Below, in pieces: positions 1 through 12,300 of a stretch of 62,882 bases of DNA. A model generated the notes under the pieces. That model was not told the DNA's origin. It searched no databases and saw only the letters and a list, made by a program, of their open reading frames with translations. The DNA lies in the IMG/VR virus record IMGVR_UViG_3300032038_000019; one strand, given 5' to 3'. Made by a program: the position numbers and the translations under genes. This stretch comes from an uncultured virus (IMG/VR IMGVR_UViG_3300032038_000019). Its lineage: Duplodnaviria > Heunggongvirae > Uroviricota > Caudoviricetes. Position 1 is the first letter of the stretch. Each line of letters begins with the position of its first letter.

Positions 1-83
1 ATGCATAATAAATATCCACCAATGAAGAATCTATGTTTGCTGGCACTGAAATGCCATATACTCCTGCTGACATTATATTACTT

Positions 84-3000
84 TTAATTTTCTATTATAT
101 TAAAAACTGAACCATTACCATATTGTAGTAAAGAGTTCATATCACTTATCTCTTGAAGCCTTAAATGCTTGTCTAAGGCTTTGTTTATACCTCTGTCTAT
201 ATAAATATCAGATTTGATATTTTGAGGTAATGCTACGCCAAAATCATATTCTTTTCTGAAAACAGGTGCAGCTATTGTGTTGTTTAATTGGTCAAAACCA
301 TTTTCATGTGTGAATTCTTCTTTAGTGACAACTACATCACCATTATTATCTAAACCTAATAATTTTATATTACTATAAAATATAGCGTCATTCACATCCT
401 TTAGTTGATTATTATAATCATTAAGTGTGATTCTTCTTGTGTTTTGAATAATATTATAATATCTTAGAGTAAAAGAAGAGCCATCCAATAAATTATATAA
501 ACAATTTTCCAATTTTAATACATCGTCTTCTACATACTTAACCCCATGATTTTTACCAGCTGCAAGTTCATACCCACTATATTCATTACATTCTTTTAGT
601 GTAATACGTTCTCTTAGAATAGCTCCTATATAATAGGTAAAAACGCAGTGTGTTTCAATAACAGCTTCATTTAAATTGGAAATGTCATCTATGTATTTTT
701 CAAGTTCTTTTTCATTACCACTATTGAGAAAAGTATTCACTATATCCATTGACAATTCTATTGTAGTTAAAACATTCTTTTTGTCATAATCGTTCATGGA
801 ATTATTTAATATTATAGAACTTTTTTCTAATTTCTTACCATTTATTGTGTGGTATATTTCCATTGATTCCATAATATTGCCATTGAAAAATTGTTTTTCT
901 GAATCACCATCTATGGTTAAATTACTATTTTTAGACAATTGTGAAACATTGCCAACCTTATAATATAAATCAAGTAAACAATCATTATATGGTTGAGTAT
1001 ATTTTGTTTTTGTCCTTTCATCATATGAAGGTTCATAGTACCCAGGCATTTCATTACCTAAATCATCATGCAAGACGTTAGTTTGTCTAAATAAGTCCAA
1101 TTTAGAATTTGTGTGACCACTTATTTCATCACATTTATATATGGTATAAGGATGGACAATTTTTAATTTGCCATCTTTTACATCATATTTTTTCCAATCT
1201 ACTTTACTTAATTCAGATTCTATTTCAAAAATTTTATTATCTTTAATGTAGAATCTTCCTTCTTTAGTGTCAACATACCCATCTATTTTAGTAAAAGTGG
1301 TATCAGTACCATTTATATCAATCGTTAAAACATTTTTATCTGCTACATATAAAGTATTAGCGAATTTTATGCAACCTATTTTATCATCCTTTTCAGGTAA
1401 TACTTCACAATCATAATCAGATGTATCAATGCATGCTTTATAAGTTTTAAAATTAAAATAATAATTGTTACCTTTTTTTATTGCGTAAAATATCCTATTA
1501 TTTATTTTAGTGTAATATTGGCCATCAGCAGTTTCATCTACTGAAAGCATAAGTCCGTTGGCCAATGAATTTTTGAAACCTTTATAATAAACATATTTTT
1601 TAAGTTCTACAGGATAAATTTTATCATTTATTAGGAAAAACCCATTATCATAATAGTTTATATCATAGTCAATAGACATATTTTCATCTGAAGGGTTATA
1701 TACTATTTTGCCATTGTCATTATAAGCGAATTCTAAAATGTCAGTTACAAATTCATTTTTATATTTGTTAACATAATAACCAGTATAATCAATCCAATCT
1801 TCTTTGTTGAACACATTTTCTTTATAATCATTTTGGATATATCCAACTGATTCATTTTTAATCATATAAACATTATTATCAACAAAAATGTCACCTGTTT
1901 CATTATTAGTTATTATAGGTCTATTAACAACAGTGCCACCGTTTTCGTCAGTGCTAATTGTAGGTTTATAATTTGTTTTTTCTTTGTATTCATTAGAAAA
2001 TATAGCCATTTCACCAATATCATCAATATTTACTGATAAAGTTATTGGTATGACTAATGATGCTGATTTTAATGATGTTGGCTTTGTAGATAGACTATCT
2101 ATCCAATCCTTTAAATCATAATAAAGCTCATTGCCACCACGTTTAAAATATTTAAAGCAGTCACAACAATCATCAGAAGACATACAAATAGTTTTTAAAT
2201 CAGAATCAGTATATGCTTTCGGTGTTACGATGATTTCAGGCCAACTAACTATATTATCCCCATCTAGCATAAAACTATTAAAATCTAAGTCATTTGTGTT
2301 CTCTTCAATAGTATATAGGTTGTAATCAGAATAATCTTTATCAACAAGTTCGCTTGTAAACAAAGCATTATCTATACCAAGTCCTTTAATGTCATTTGTT
2401 TTTTCTGACACATTAATACTAAACGTATATTTATTAGCATTATCAAGAAATTTATTATATTTCTCATAACGTTCTTTAAGCCAATAATAAAATTTAATTG
2501 CAGTGCCATAATACAAGTAAGAGAACCCATTTTTTTCTATGAATTTTTTTGGCAGCCTATACTTAGGCAAACAAGTCATATTAATCCAGTTATAAAAATA
2601 ATCGCCACCTCTTGAATTGTATAATGAATCGTATTCTTCATATTTTTTTAATTCATCATTACTTTTATCTTCTATTTCATATTCGTAATATTCAAGTGCA
2701 TTTTTATATTTAGTTTTACCTTTACCAGAATTAAGCAAATTATGGTATTCATTAAAAAATGAATACCATTTTTGCAAAGTTCTGTATGTTAAAAACTTAT
2801 GCTTTTTGGCACGTTCAAGAACGTCAGTTATTTCTAAATATTTTGTTTTGGATGTACAGTTAATAGAGTAAATATCCCTTCCGTAATAGAAATAATAAAT
2901 AGACCCTTCTTCAGCCCTATTCAATAAGTCTTTCTTACTTATTTGATTAATTGTGTAATACCCACCATTATCATCTGGTATATTAATGTATATGTCTGTA

Positions 3001-3305
3001 TAATCAGTTATATAGTCAATATATTCATAAGGTATTTCTATATCACTTGGAATCATACCATAATTTCCATTAATTTTGGCATTAGCTATATTATCAGTAT
3101 ATATGTCAGTAAATTCAACTTTTTCTTCGATTTTAGAAACATCAATGGATGCGTTTATTGCATCACGGTATGCTTCTGAATATGAATCATATTCAGAATA
3201 ATAATTACCATAATTAATAACCCATTTTTTATTTAAAGAAGGTATAATCCCAGGTAATCTTGATTTCATATCTTCCATTGATATTTTCTTAATAATCTGT
3301 TTCAT
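84..3305 (-). CDS. Large hypothetical protein, probable virion structural (baseplate/tail-associated)
   Basis: 1073-aa ORF, last of four overlapping ~1000-aa ORFs downstream of the baseplate wedge genes; N/D/Y-rich; no recognisable catalytic motif. Confidence 0.55.
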   Translation of the reverse strand: MKQIIKKISMEDMKSRLPGIIPSLNKKWVINYGNYYSEYDSYSEAYRDAINASIDVSKIEEKVEFTDIYTDNIANAKINGNYGMIPSDIEIPYEYIDYITDYTDIYINIPDDNGGYYTINQISKKDLLNRAEEGSIYYFYYGRDIYSINCTSKTKYLEITDVLERAKKHKFLTYRTLQKWYSFFNEYHNLLNSGKGKTKYKNALEYYEYEIEDKSNDELKKYEEYDSLYNSRGGDYFYNWINMTCLPKYRLPKKFIEKNGFSYLYYGTAIKFYYWLKERYEKYNKFLDNANKYTFSINVSEKTNDIKGLGIDNALFTSELVDKDYSDYNLYTIEENTNDLDFNSFMLDGDNIVSWPEIIVTPKAYTDSDLKTICMSSDDCCDCFKYFKRGGNELYYDLKDWIDSLSTKPTSLKSASLVIPITLSVNIDDIGEMAIFSNEYKEKTNYKPTISTDENGGTVVNRPIITNNETGDIFVDNNVYMIKNESVGYIQNDYKENVFNKEDWIDYTGYYVNKYKNEFVTDILEFAYNDNGKIVYNPSDENMSIDYDINYYDNGFFLINDKIYPVELKKYVYYKGFKNSLANGLMLSVDETADGQYYTKINNRIFYAIKKGNNYYFNFKTYKACIDTSDYDCEVLPEKDDKIGCIKFANTLYVADKNVLTIDINGTDTTFTKIDGYVDTKEGRFYIKDNKIFEIESELSKVDWKKYDVKDGKLKIVHPYTIYKCDEISGHTNSKLDLFRQTNVLHDDLGNEMPGYYEPSYDERTKTKYTQPYNDCLLDLYYKVGNVSQLSKNSNLTIDGDSEKQFFNGNIMESMEIYHTINGKKLEKSSIILNNSMNDYDKKNVLTTIELSMDIVNTFLNSGNEKELEKYIDDISNLNEAVIETHCVFTYYIGAILRERITLKECNEYSGYELAAGKNHGVKYVEDDVLKLENCLYNLLDGSSFTLRYYNIIQNTRRITLNDYNNQLKDVNDAIFYSNIKLLGLDNNGDVVVTKEEFTHENGFDQLNNTIAAPVFRKEYDFGVALPQNIKSDIYIDRGINKALDKHLRLQEISDMNSLLQYGNGSVFNIIEN

Positions 3306-6123
3306 AAGATTGATTTTTAATTTTTAATTCAAATAAGTTAAATAACATAGTGCTATTTTCAACACCCATTTTATCATTTTCTATAAATCGTTCAGGTAAA
3401 TAATAAAAGTATTTTTTATCTTTTTCAGAATAAATAACTTTTATTGGTATATACATTTTATCGTATAAATCTGTCATAGCCACGCCTTTTTTCATTAATT
3501 CAACATCAGAATAATTATCCATATATAAAGGTTCAGTGCCTTCTTCATTAGTTGGTATTATGAAAGGTAAAACTAAGCCTGTACCTGCGTGACAAAAATC
3601 TATTTTAAGATATATAGTGTTTTCCCTTAATTTTGTTGAATAATCTCTAAATAAATATAAATAAAAACCTTCTGAAGAAGTATTTGTTGAATATTTGTTA
3701 TTGACAATGATACTACTATCTAATCTTTTATTAGTTTTAATTTCTATCACATTGCCATTAATATAATTTTCAGATAATACATTAATATTTTTAGTTATTT
3801 CATTTGTGTTAACATTAATAAAATTCCCATTAGAACTAAAATCCATATATTTCTTATATAAAGAATTTTCATCCATAAATATTGTAGAAGTTGACAGCAA
3901 AACTTGTGTATGTGGGTTATTAGTACTGTAAAATGATAATCTTAAAAACGATTTCCCTATTTTATTTTTCCTGTACTTAACATCTTCATCCGTAAAATTC
4001 AATAACCCCATTAAATCAGATGAATTTTGCAAAAGAAGTTTATCTTCATACAAGTCATAATAATAATTGTCAATTACAAACCAATTAGAATTGGCTAAAT
4101 TTGTCCCATAATTGACTATTTCTTTTTTATCCACTGATATTTCACCATTTGAATTAAATGGCTTTATATAACCTTTAATTGGTATTCCGCCTAATTCTTC
4201 AGTGTTATCTTCATTTATTTTCCATGAATCTTTATTCCTTGTCCTAAAATGTAAGTTAAAAACTAATTTAGTAATTGGTGCAAACCCATCACCCATATAA
4301 TAACCAGGATAATATACATCTTTTTCCATATCTACTATTGAATTAATACCCTCTTCTGTTTTTTCGTTCACAAATTCATTTTGCAAAACATCATCAGCAT
4401 TAACATTAGCACCTATTTTATTACCCAAAGATATAGGTAATGTTATATAGTCACTTATTTGGTAGATAGCTAATTTATTTAAGGTTAAATTAACGTCTTT
4501 AGTTGATATAGGTCTATTTGATGTTGCAGCCAATACTGCTGCCACTTCAGGTGTAATATTATCATCACCAAAAATATTATTCTTTAGATAGAAGTGAAAA
4601 GATTCTAAATTTTTATATAACTTTCTGTTAACAGTTTCTTTTATTACATAATCGTCATTATTAACTACAGGACTTAATAGCAATGAATCACTACCTAATA
4701 TATTAATAATCTCAAATTCATATTTTTCAGGTTTATTTAATTTGCAGAATTTTGAAGTACCATCTTTTGTGTAGTATATTGGATAAACAACGTCATCTAT
4801 AACTATACCGTCAACTTCAGTAACAGTGTATGCTGAAACGTCAGTTGATTCATTTTGATATGAATAAATCACGCTATCACCACTTTTTGCGTATATTTTG
4901 TTAGTGTAATAGCATTTCTTAATAGTTTTCATTTCATTGCTAGTAGTATTTTCATTTACAATTTCTTCATTGAAAAATGTTAAAGGAATTGAATTACCAT
5001 TAACTACTATTTTACCTGAAAGTAAATCAGAATCAGTGTATTCTATTTTATAGTCTTCATTATTTATTGTAACATAGTCGCCAACATTATTTTTAATCAA
5101 ATATTTCTGATTATCAAAAAAAACAAAAGTGTCGTCTATTACGTCAAGTTCAGAATATGGGTAGTTGCTTTCTGCTATTATAATATCATATAATTTATAT
5201 GTTGATATATCAGTTTTACATTTTAAAACTGAGTAAATAGCTGATTCATTAGTTTTAAGCAAGGATTCAATGTTTACTTCTTCATCACCTATTTTTAAAG
5301 CAGCTTCATCAGTATAATTATATTCTTCTACACTATTAAAAAAATCGTTTTTATAAAAATTTCCTTCAACTAGTACTCCATATTCAGTATCATTTCCTTC
5401 GCCATAATCAAAAAAATCATAGACATCATTTTTGTATATGATAAAAGGATAATACATTGCAGGTGTTGAGCTTACTACGTCAATTTCATTATTATCTGAA
5501 GCTTTTATTAAAAATTTATAACAATTAAACCATTTATTATATTCATAGTCCTTTACTGATATTTCATTGTCATCTATGGTAGTTAACAGTTCATCGTTAC
5601 CATATTTTTTTATTACTGGTGGCTCGTAACCTGTTTTATAGCCATCATTTGGTATTAAATTAGTGTCTACCCTATATTTTTCGCCCTTTATCCATACAAC
5701 ACCATTTTCTATCCAATTTTTTACTGTGATTGTAACAGTATCATCATTTGTCCTATAAAAAAACCCTTCTATTAAAAATCCTTTTAGCCCATTGTTTGCA
5801 TATTCGTAATAAAAATTTCCGTTATATTCAATATAACGAACAGTTTTTACTTCATCATAATCAATAACGTCTACTGAATTAATAGATTTACGTTCCTTAG
5901 ATATAACATACCCTTGTCTTCTGACTAAATCTAAATTTATTTTAGTTTGGATTTTATTTTCAGCATAAGGGCTTGACAAAGAAACTTCTTCGCCATCCCT
6001 TATACCTTCGAAATAGTCAGTAACACCAGATATGTAAGACAAGTCTTTTGATAAATAAGTTTCCCTTATGTTTAACTTATTTAATTCTGGCGTCATATGT
6101 GCTTTTAAACTATATTTTAGCAT
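3289..6123 (-). CDS. Large hypothetical protein, probable virion structural
   Basis: 944-aa ORF overlapping both neighbours; context downstream of gp25/gp6-like genes. Confidence 0.55.
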   Translation of the reverse strand: MLKYSLKAHMTPELNKLNIRETYLSKDLSYISGVTDYFEGIRDGEEVSLSSPYAENKIQTKINLDLVRRQGYVISKERKSINSVDVIDYDEVKTVRYIEYNGNFYYEYANNGLKGFLIEGFFYRTNDDTVTITVKNWIENGVVWIKGEKYRVDTNLIPNDGYKTGYEPPVIKKYGNDELLTTIDDNEISVKDYEYNKWFNCYKFLIKASDNNEIDVVSSTPAMYYPFIIYKNDVYDFFDYGEGNDTEYGVLVEGNFYKNDFFNSVEEYNYTDEAALKIGDEEVNIESLLKTNESAIYSVLKCKTDISTYKLYDIIIAESNYPYSELDVIDDTFVFFDNQKYLIKNNVGDYVTINNEDYKIEYTDSDLLSGKIVVNGNSIPLTFFNEEIVNENTTSNEMKTIKKCYYTNKIYAKSGDSVIYSYQNESTDVSAYTVTEVDGIVIDDVVYPIYYTKDGTSKFCKLNKPEKYEFEIINILGSDSLLLSPVVNNDDYVIKETVNRKLYKNLESFHFYLKNNIFGDDNITPEVAAVLAATSNRPISTKDVNLTLNKLAIYQISDYITLPISLGNKIGANVNADDVLQNEFVNEKTEEGINSIVDMEKDVYYPGYYMGDGFAPITKLVFNLHFRTRNKDSWKINEDNTEELGGIPIKGYIKPFNSNGEISVDKKEIVNYGTNLANSNWFVIDNYYYDLYEDKLLLQNSSDLMGLLNFTDEDVKYRKNKIGKSFLRLSFYSTNNPHTQVLLSTSTIFMDENSLYKKYMDFSSNGNFINVNTNEITKNINVLSENYINGNVIEIKTNKRLDSSIIVNNKYSTNTSSEGFYLYLFRDYSTKLRENTIYLKIDFCHAGTGLVLPFIIPTNEEGTEPLYMDNYSDVELMKKGVAMTDLYDKMYIPIKVIYSEKDKKYFYYLPERFIENDKMGVENSTMLFNLFELKIKNQSYETDY

Positions 6124-9100
6124 TCTTTCAAATTTTCTTCAGATGTGTAGTTATCTTCAATTTCTTCTGGCATTTTTTCAGAATCAAATTCATAAGATAA
6201 TGCATAATCATTATTTTGACTAACATTATAGTTATAATTTAATCCTAAGCTACCATCAGCGTCTTGCCTTCTCAAATAAAAATTTATATTTCTATTGATA
6301 TATAACGCATTGTTTGTAAATGGGTATTCTTCAACATTTGAATTATCATCAAATCCGTTTTGTATAACATCCCTCCAATAAAATTCACAAGAGCCATCTT
6401 TAATTATTTTTGCGTATGGTGGTGTTGCATCATCACGTGTTAATAATATATATCTTGATATATCATTTATATAAGGTAATTTGGCATCAATATTATTTTC
6501 ATCTAAAATAGAGCACCAAAATTTTTTATCAGTAATTAATTTCGAAACTATACCATTATATAATACATTATCAATTTTATCGTATATAGTAAATTTATCA
6601 TTAATAGAAAAATAATTAACATCGTCAGTGTATATTATTAATTCATCATCTTGATATTCTAAAGATAAAATTGTATGTGTTATAGCTTTTTCTTTGCTTA
6701 AATCTGCTGAAATAGTCTTAACAGGTATTTTATAATGTGCTTTATAGTAATAACCTTCATCCCTTGTAAGTGGGTTATAAATCCTCTGTTCTGAATGGTT
6801 TTTATGGTATGTTGATGACGGTTCTCTTGTGTGACCTTCATCATTTATTATTTCATCATATGTAAACGAACTAAATGATTTGTAAGCAATACTATTGCTT
6901 TTTGTTAATTCACGTTGCGCTGTATTAAATCTATTGAATATAGGCTGTATACACACCTCATTAGCATCAGTAGGTGAATAATAACATAAATCTCCATAGA
7001 AATTTTTATCAGTATCAAAGATTATTTCATCAGCACCATATCTTTTAGTTGCATCTTTGTTTATTACACCCATTATAACACCTTCTTTACCTGTAGTACA
7101 TATTGAACGTACATCTTCATACCTTGTATCATCCGATGACTCATCTGATAAAATAAAACCGCAACTATTTTTACCGAAGCAGTGTGAATATTCAATTTCG
7201 CTATCTTTTGTATTACATTCTGTAGGATTGCCATAGTCATCTATTCCATACCATTTTTTATATCCTTTGTTACGCTTAAATATTGACAAATAAATGTCAC
7301 TTAATGGTCTACCTAGATTATCTTTTAAATGTGACAAATCTATATCATCAGTAAAAACAATTTCATTTATGCTATCACCATATATATTCTTTGAAAATCC
7401 TAATTTATTTATGTGACTTTCAAACATATTATCACTATTAGAATAATCAGCTATTAACGTACTATCATTGTCATACAGTGTTTTATCATTTATTTCTGTG
7501 TCAGAAAACTTAAAATTAGGTATTTTTGAAAAAATTCTTACATAATAATTGCATTCAATACCATTTACAACTTTTTTGAAAGAAATGTTAGTAGTAGTTC
7601 TGTCCAATGAAATTTTATTAGTGTCAGGAACAGCACAATATACAAAGTTCTTAGAATCATATGTTTCTACATATCTAACATTGTTTAGAGATTGGTTCTT
7701 AAAATATGTTATGCCATCAACAACTAATGTATTTCCTTTAGTATCTTTATCTTTCAGTTCATACCATTTATTCGAAATTGTCACTCCATTTCTGTATATC
7801 TGAAATATATATTTACTATATACTAATGAAACTGTAGCATTTGATATAATCAATTTATTATCTGAATAAATGTTTACATAGTCACCTTCATTTAAACCAT
7901 GCTGTGAAACAGAATAAAAAGTTATTACATCAACACCATTATCATCTTTAATATTTTCATTAAATACTTCTATTTTAAGGCTATTAATTTCACTATTAAT
8001 AAAACTAATCCCTTCAGTTGTAGACGAACTAGGATATGTCAAACAATAATCCCAATTAGGCTCTATTCTATTCCTATATTCATTATATTTCGGTGTGAAT
8101 GAAAATAAATCACGTTCTGGATACATATCAATAAATTCACCATTCAATTTGTTATTAATAACATTATATATAGGTAATTTTTTACTGCTATTTAATACAG
8201 TGCAATTTTTTATTTGAATTTTTCCTTTATTTTTAAAACCAAACCACCCGTTGACTTCTAATAAGTTATTTTTTAATGAGTTATCAAAACTATTAAAACC
8301 GTTTTTTTGATAAAGATGTGATTGCTTGTAAAATTTCTTATATGCTGATGAATCTTTTAAATAATAAGACACTGGATATTTGTTGTTATACATATTTTCA
8401 ATTCTAGAATTAATTGACAAAGCATAATCAGAATAATTGCCATCCATTCCGAAATTTAACTTATCCCATCTTCTTGTAGAGCCTACATATACATCTTGTA
8501 TTAATAAAGTTGCTTCTTTATTTTCTTTTAATTCAAAACCAGTATAATGATACTCTACTTCGTATTTTTCATTTTTTCCGTCATCACTAATAAAAAATTT
8601 GCCAAACAATGTGTTCTCAGGAGAATTTTTTATATTTTTTGATGCAAAAATATTAATATTAAACGTACAGTACATATCATGATAATCAACAACACCGTTT
8701 TTAATGTGTGGTTCTGCTTGTATATAAAGTCCTGTTATAGAATATATAATATTACCGTCTTCTTCAGCAATAAATCCTCTTTTAATAATTTCTCCTTTTT
8801 CGTTACGCATCCAATCATCTATAGTATTGAACGTTTCATCTATATTAGATTTTTTATCATCATTATATAATACAAGGTTAAAAGAATTGTTCCTGAATAA
8901 ATGATTATTAAAAATATCAGTACCACAATGATAAGTAAACCCATAATCATCCTTTGATAGTTGGGTATCACGCACTGCTTGATATGAATTCCATTCAAAT
9001 GATTTATCATCGCCATCTTTAGGCTTTATAGGGCTACTACCGTCTTTATCCTTTATATTCCCATTTTTAATAGTTTCGTAGTTAATAGACGTTGCACTGT

Positions 9101-9359
9101 CAGAACCCTCATACCTAATTATTTCAGTAACAGGATTAAATAAAACATTACTGCAAATAGCGTTAATATTAACAGTAAGTCTTACTTTGTTACTTTGTTT
9201 TCTTTCATACCTATACCTGTCATACGCATTTATTGTACCAACAATATTATTGTCAGTAAACATCTTTTTATTGGATAATAAATCTATATCCAAATAAAAA
9301 GATGAGTTATTTGATTTTTTGCTATTATTTGCAGGTAAAAATATCTTATTATTGTCCAT
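6117..9359 (-). CDS. Large hypothetical protein, probable virion structural
   Basis: 1080-aa ORF overlapping neighbours by 7 and 11 bp; baseplate context. Confidence 0.55.
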   Translation of the reverse strand: MDNNKIFLPANNSKKSNNSSFYLDIDLLSNKKMFTDNNIVGTINAYDRYRYERKQSNKVRLTVNINAICSNVLFNPVTEIIRYEGSDSATSINYETIKNGNIKDKDGSSPIKPKDGDDKSFEWNSYQAVRDTQLSKDDYGFTYHCGTDIFNNHLFRNNSFNLVLYNDDKKSNIDETFNTIDDWMRNEKGEIIKRGFIAEEDGNIIYSITGLYIQAEPHIKNGVVDYHDMYCTFNINIFASKNIKNSPENTLFGKFFISDDGKNEKYEVEYHYTGFELKENKEATLLIQDVYVGSTRRWDKLNFGMDGNYSDYALSINSRIENMYNNKYPVSYYLKDSSAYKKFYKQSHLYQKNGFNSFDNSLKNNLLEVNGWFGFKNKGKIQIKNCTVLNSSKKLPIYNVINNKLNGEFIDMYPERDLFSFTPKYNEYRNRIEPNWDYCLTYPSSSTTEGISFINSEINSLKIEVFNENIKDDNGVDVITFYSVSQHGLNEGDYVNIYSDNKLIISNATVSLVYSKYIFQIYRNGVTISNKWYELKDKDTKGNTLVVDGITYFKNQSLNNVRYVETYDSKNFVYCAVPDTNKISLDRTTTNISFKKVVNGIECNYYVRIFSKIPNFKFSDTEINDKTLYDNDSTLIADYSNSDNMFESHINKLGFSKNIYGDSINEIVFTDDIDLSHLKDNLGRPLSDIYLSIFKRNKGYKKWYGIDDYGNPTECNTKDSEIEYSHCFGKNSCGFILSDESSDDTRYEDVRSICTTGKEGVIMGVINKDATKRYGADEIIFDTDKNFYGDLCYYSPTDANEVCIQPIFNRFNTAQRELTKSNSIAYKSFSSFTYDEIINDEGHTREPSSTYHKNHSEQRIYNPLTRDEGYYYKAHYKIPVKTISADLSKEKAITHTILSLEYQDDELIIYTDDVNYFSINDKFTIYDKIDNVLYNGIVSKLITDKKFWCSILDENNIDAKLPYINDISRYILLTRDDATPPYAKIIKDGSCEFYWRDVIQNGFDDNSNVEEYPFTNNALYINRNINFYLRRQDADGSLGLNYNYNVSQNNDYALSYEFDSEKMPEEIEDNYTSEENLKEC

Positions 9360-12300
9360 CAGTATCGTTTATTTGTATACTATGTGTAAGTTTATTTTCT
9401 GTAGGATTCTCCCCACAATATTCTTGCAATGTAATACTATAAATTCCAGCAGGTATTTTTTTAGTTTCAAAAGCAAAAAATATTTTGCCTAAATTGCTAT
9501 CAAAAAATAATTTTCCGTCATAATCAGAATTTCCTGAAAAAATAACTTTAACTTTATAGGTTTCGTTTCCGACATTAGTAGAAAGTGTTGCAAAATTATT
9601 ACCATCATTAAAGTCAATGATATTTTGATTAAACCCATAAAGTTCTATGTAGTTAATTAATATAGAGCCTACTTCATCTTCACTTTCTGTTGCAATATTA
9701 GTTGAAGTTAATTCAAATTTTATAGGCGTAGGATAAACTTTTATTGTATTTGTATAACTACCAACTTTATACCCATTGGAATCATAGCCAGTTACTTCAG
9801 TGCGATATGTACCATTTGCTAAATTACTAATAGTTACTATATTACTATCATCGCTACTAACGCCAACATAATCACCAAATGTATATTCAAATTTATGGCA
9901 ATTAGTACAACTTATTGTTACTACACCATTATTGTCATTACAATAAGTTGATGCAGTATAATTTATTTGCACATTCATATTTGATGCACTATCAGAATCG
10001 GTTAAACATTCATCTATATAATCACGTTTAAATTTATCTATTGCAGTACTACCTTCATTAATCCCAAAATAAAAATAAAATGAATTATTATATAAAGGGA
10101 AAAAGTATTCATCATTAGACCTTTTTATGTAAAACTTAGGCGTTTCGCCAAACCTGAATTTAAGATAATCATTGTCAACTTCATCAAAACCATTCTCTTC
10201 TTCAGGTATAGTTGCATCTGAATTATTTGAATAATATTCTTTATAGCTTTTTAAAAGCCCGTTGAAATCATAAGGACAAAGATATTTCAATTTATAAAAA
10301 TTATACCCTGTAATGTTATTAGTAGAATCATCTGATACTATCAGTGTATTTGAATTTAATGTTGAAAAAATTTGTCTTGAATAATTATCTTGTATTTCAT
10401 CTACAGTTATCAGTCCATCACCGTTTTTATCTGCTATAGGCATATCAAGAGACACACCAAGTTCGCAAATTCTTTCAAGGTTAATAAATGTTTTTGGACT
10501 AGTGTATGCAGTAATTATACTTTTGTATTCTTTTCTACCAATAAGCAACCATATATATTCATAAAAAGTGTACCAATTCCTTCTTGTGCCAAACAATAGA
10601 CCTTTCCTCATTCTATAGCCTTCATCATCAATGTCTATATTTTCGTCATCTTTAGATGTACCCCAATGCATACCCGTAACACTATTATTTCCTTCATCAT
10701 CACTATGTGTACCCATAGGCGGTAAATTACAAGATGACATAGGATAAATGTTACTAAATTTAGGTATTCCATTAATATCAGAATCAGATAAACTACCTAA
10801 TAGTATAATATCAGTTGAATATAGTCTTCTAATTATTTTATTAGAAGTACCTTCTGAATATTGTGATGAATTGTAATAATATATGTTAATACCATCTTTA
10901 TTTAGTACATTTTTAATTAACCCATTATTCAGTTTCATATAGTTTATTATTTTATCATATCTATATACAACATCATCAAAATATGTTGTATATAAATTTC
11001 TAAAATATTTAAAAATTCTATAAAAAAAAGAATATTTACCATTAGTTCTTGGGGCGTCATTTAATGCATTCTTATTATTATCATATATTAAATGATTTTT
11101 AACATACATCGTATCGGATGCAAGTCCACCATACCCCTCAAAGCATATTGGCAAATTGCCAGTATCAGCTAAAATTAAATTATTATAACTTTTACTGCTT
11201 GAGCAAAATGTATCAATGTAGGAAACATTGCCATTTAATGAATTAGTTGCGTTATTCCTCCAATACCATAATGGAAAATATAAGCACCCGTTTATCCAAT
11301 CATTATAGAAATCTAACGATATTGCGTCATCTTCTTCAAGAACACTTTCTATATACGTGTCAAGTTCTGGATATTGTGTTCTATTTACAGCACTATCCCA
11401 AAAAACATATTGAAATTGTTTTACTTCTGCTTTTTCGCTAAAAAAGTCATCCCAAAAGTTACTTAATATTTCATTTGTAGAAAGATTAACTTTTGTTCTT
11501 ATCTTATTGTAAGGAAAAATGTTTTTACTGTTAGATGATTCTTTATTAACACCCTTTATGCCTGTATAATATTGTGATAAATAATTATTTATTTGCGTTC
11601 TTGGTATATAATTCTTGACACTATATACACAATCCCATAATAAATCCCTAAAGCAAGAATCAGGCGTATTAGTGCCAAATTCATACATATTATCGTAATC
11701 ATCGTCAACTAAGATAGGGGAACGTAGCCCACCATCATTTATTTTAGGGTTATTTGGTACTAAATATTTAGCTTTGTGCCTTGATATTGTACTATCGCTA
11801 TTTTCAGTTAACGAAAATCTAAATCTAACGCTTGCCCTTGTTGGTATTCCTTTAGTAGGGTCGTTAGTAGGTACAATATTTCCTTTTTCATCCATCCCAA
11901 CATAATCTAAATTCATAGGTATTTGATAGCACCACGTTCCATCTGAATCTATCAGTTGGTTTCCTTTTATTACCAATTCTTCTACATTTCCATAAGGTGT
12001 TTTTCTTATCATTTCTATAGTGCCTTCGTTTGGCACTAATTGTGACATTTCACCCATATTTTCACTTACGTCACAATCAAATGATATGTTGTTATTCCTA
12101 CTATCAGTAATAACTGACCCTAAAAACACGCAAGATGTAGTAAATTCATATTGTATACTTACATCCTTCCTTGAAATGGCAATCTGTTCGAAATTTTCAT
12201 CACCCCAAAAAGGGTAAACCATTACAGTTTCATTTTGGCTATAAAGCTGTGCTAAATTATCTAAAGTATTGCTTTCATTAAACTTTGTTGGACTTTGGAA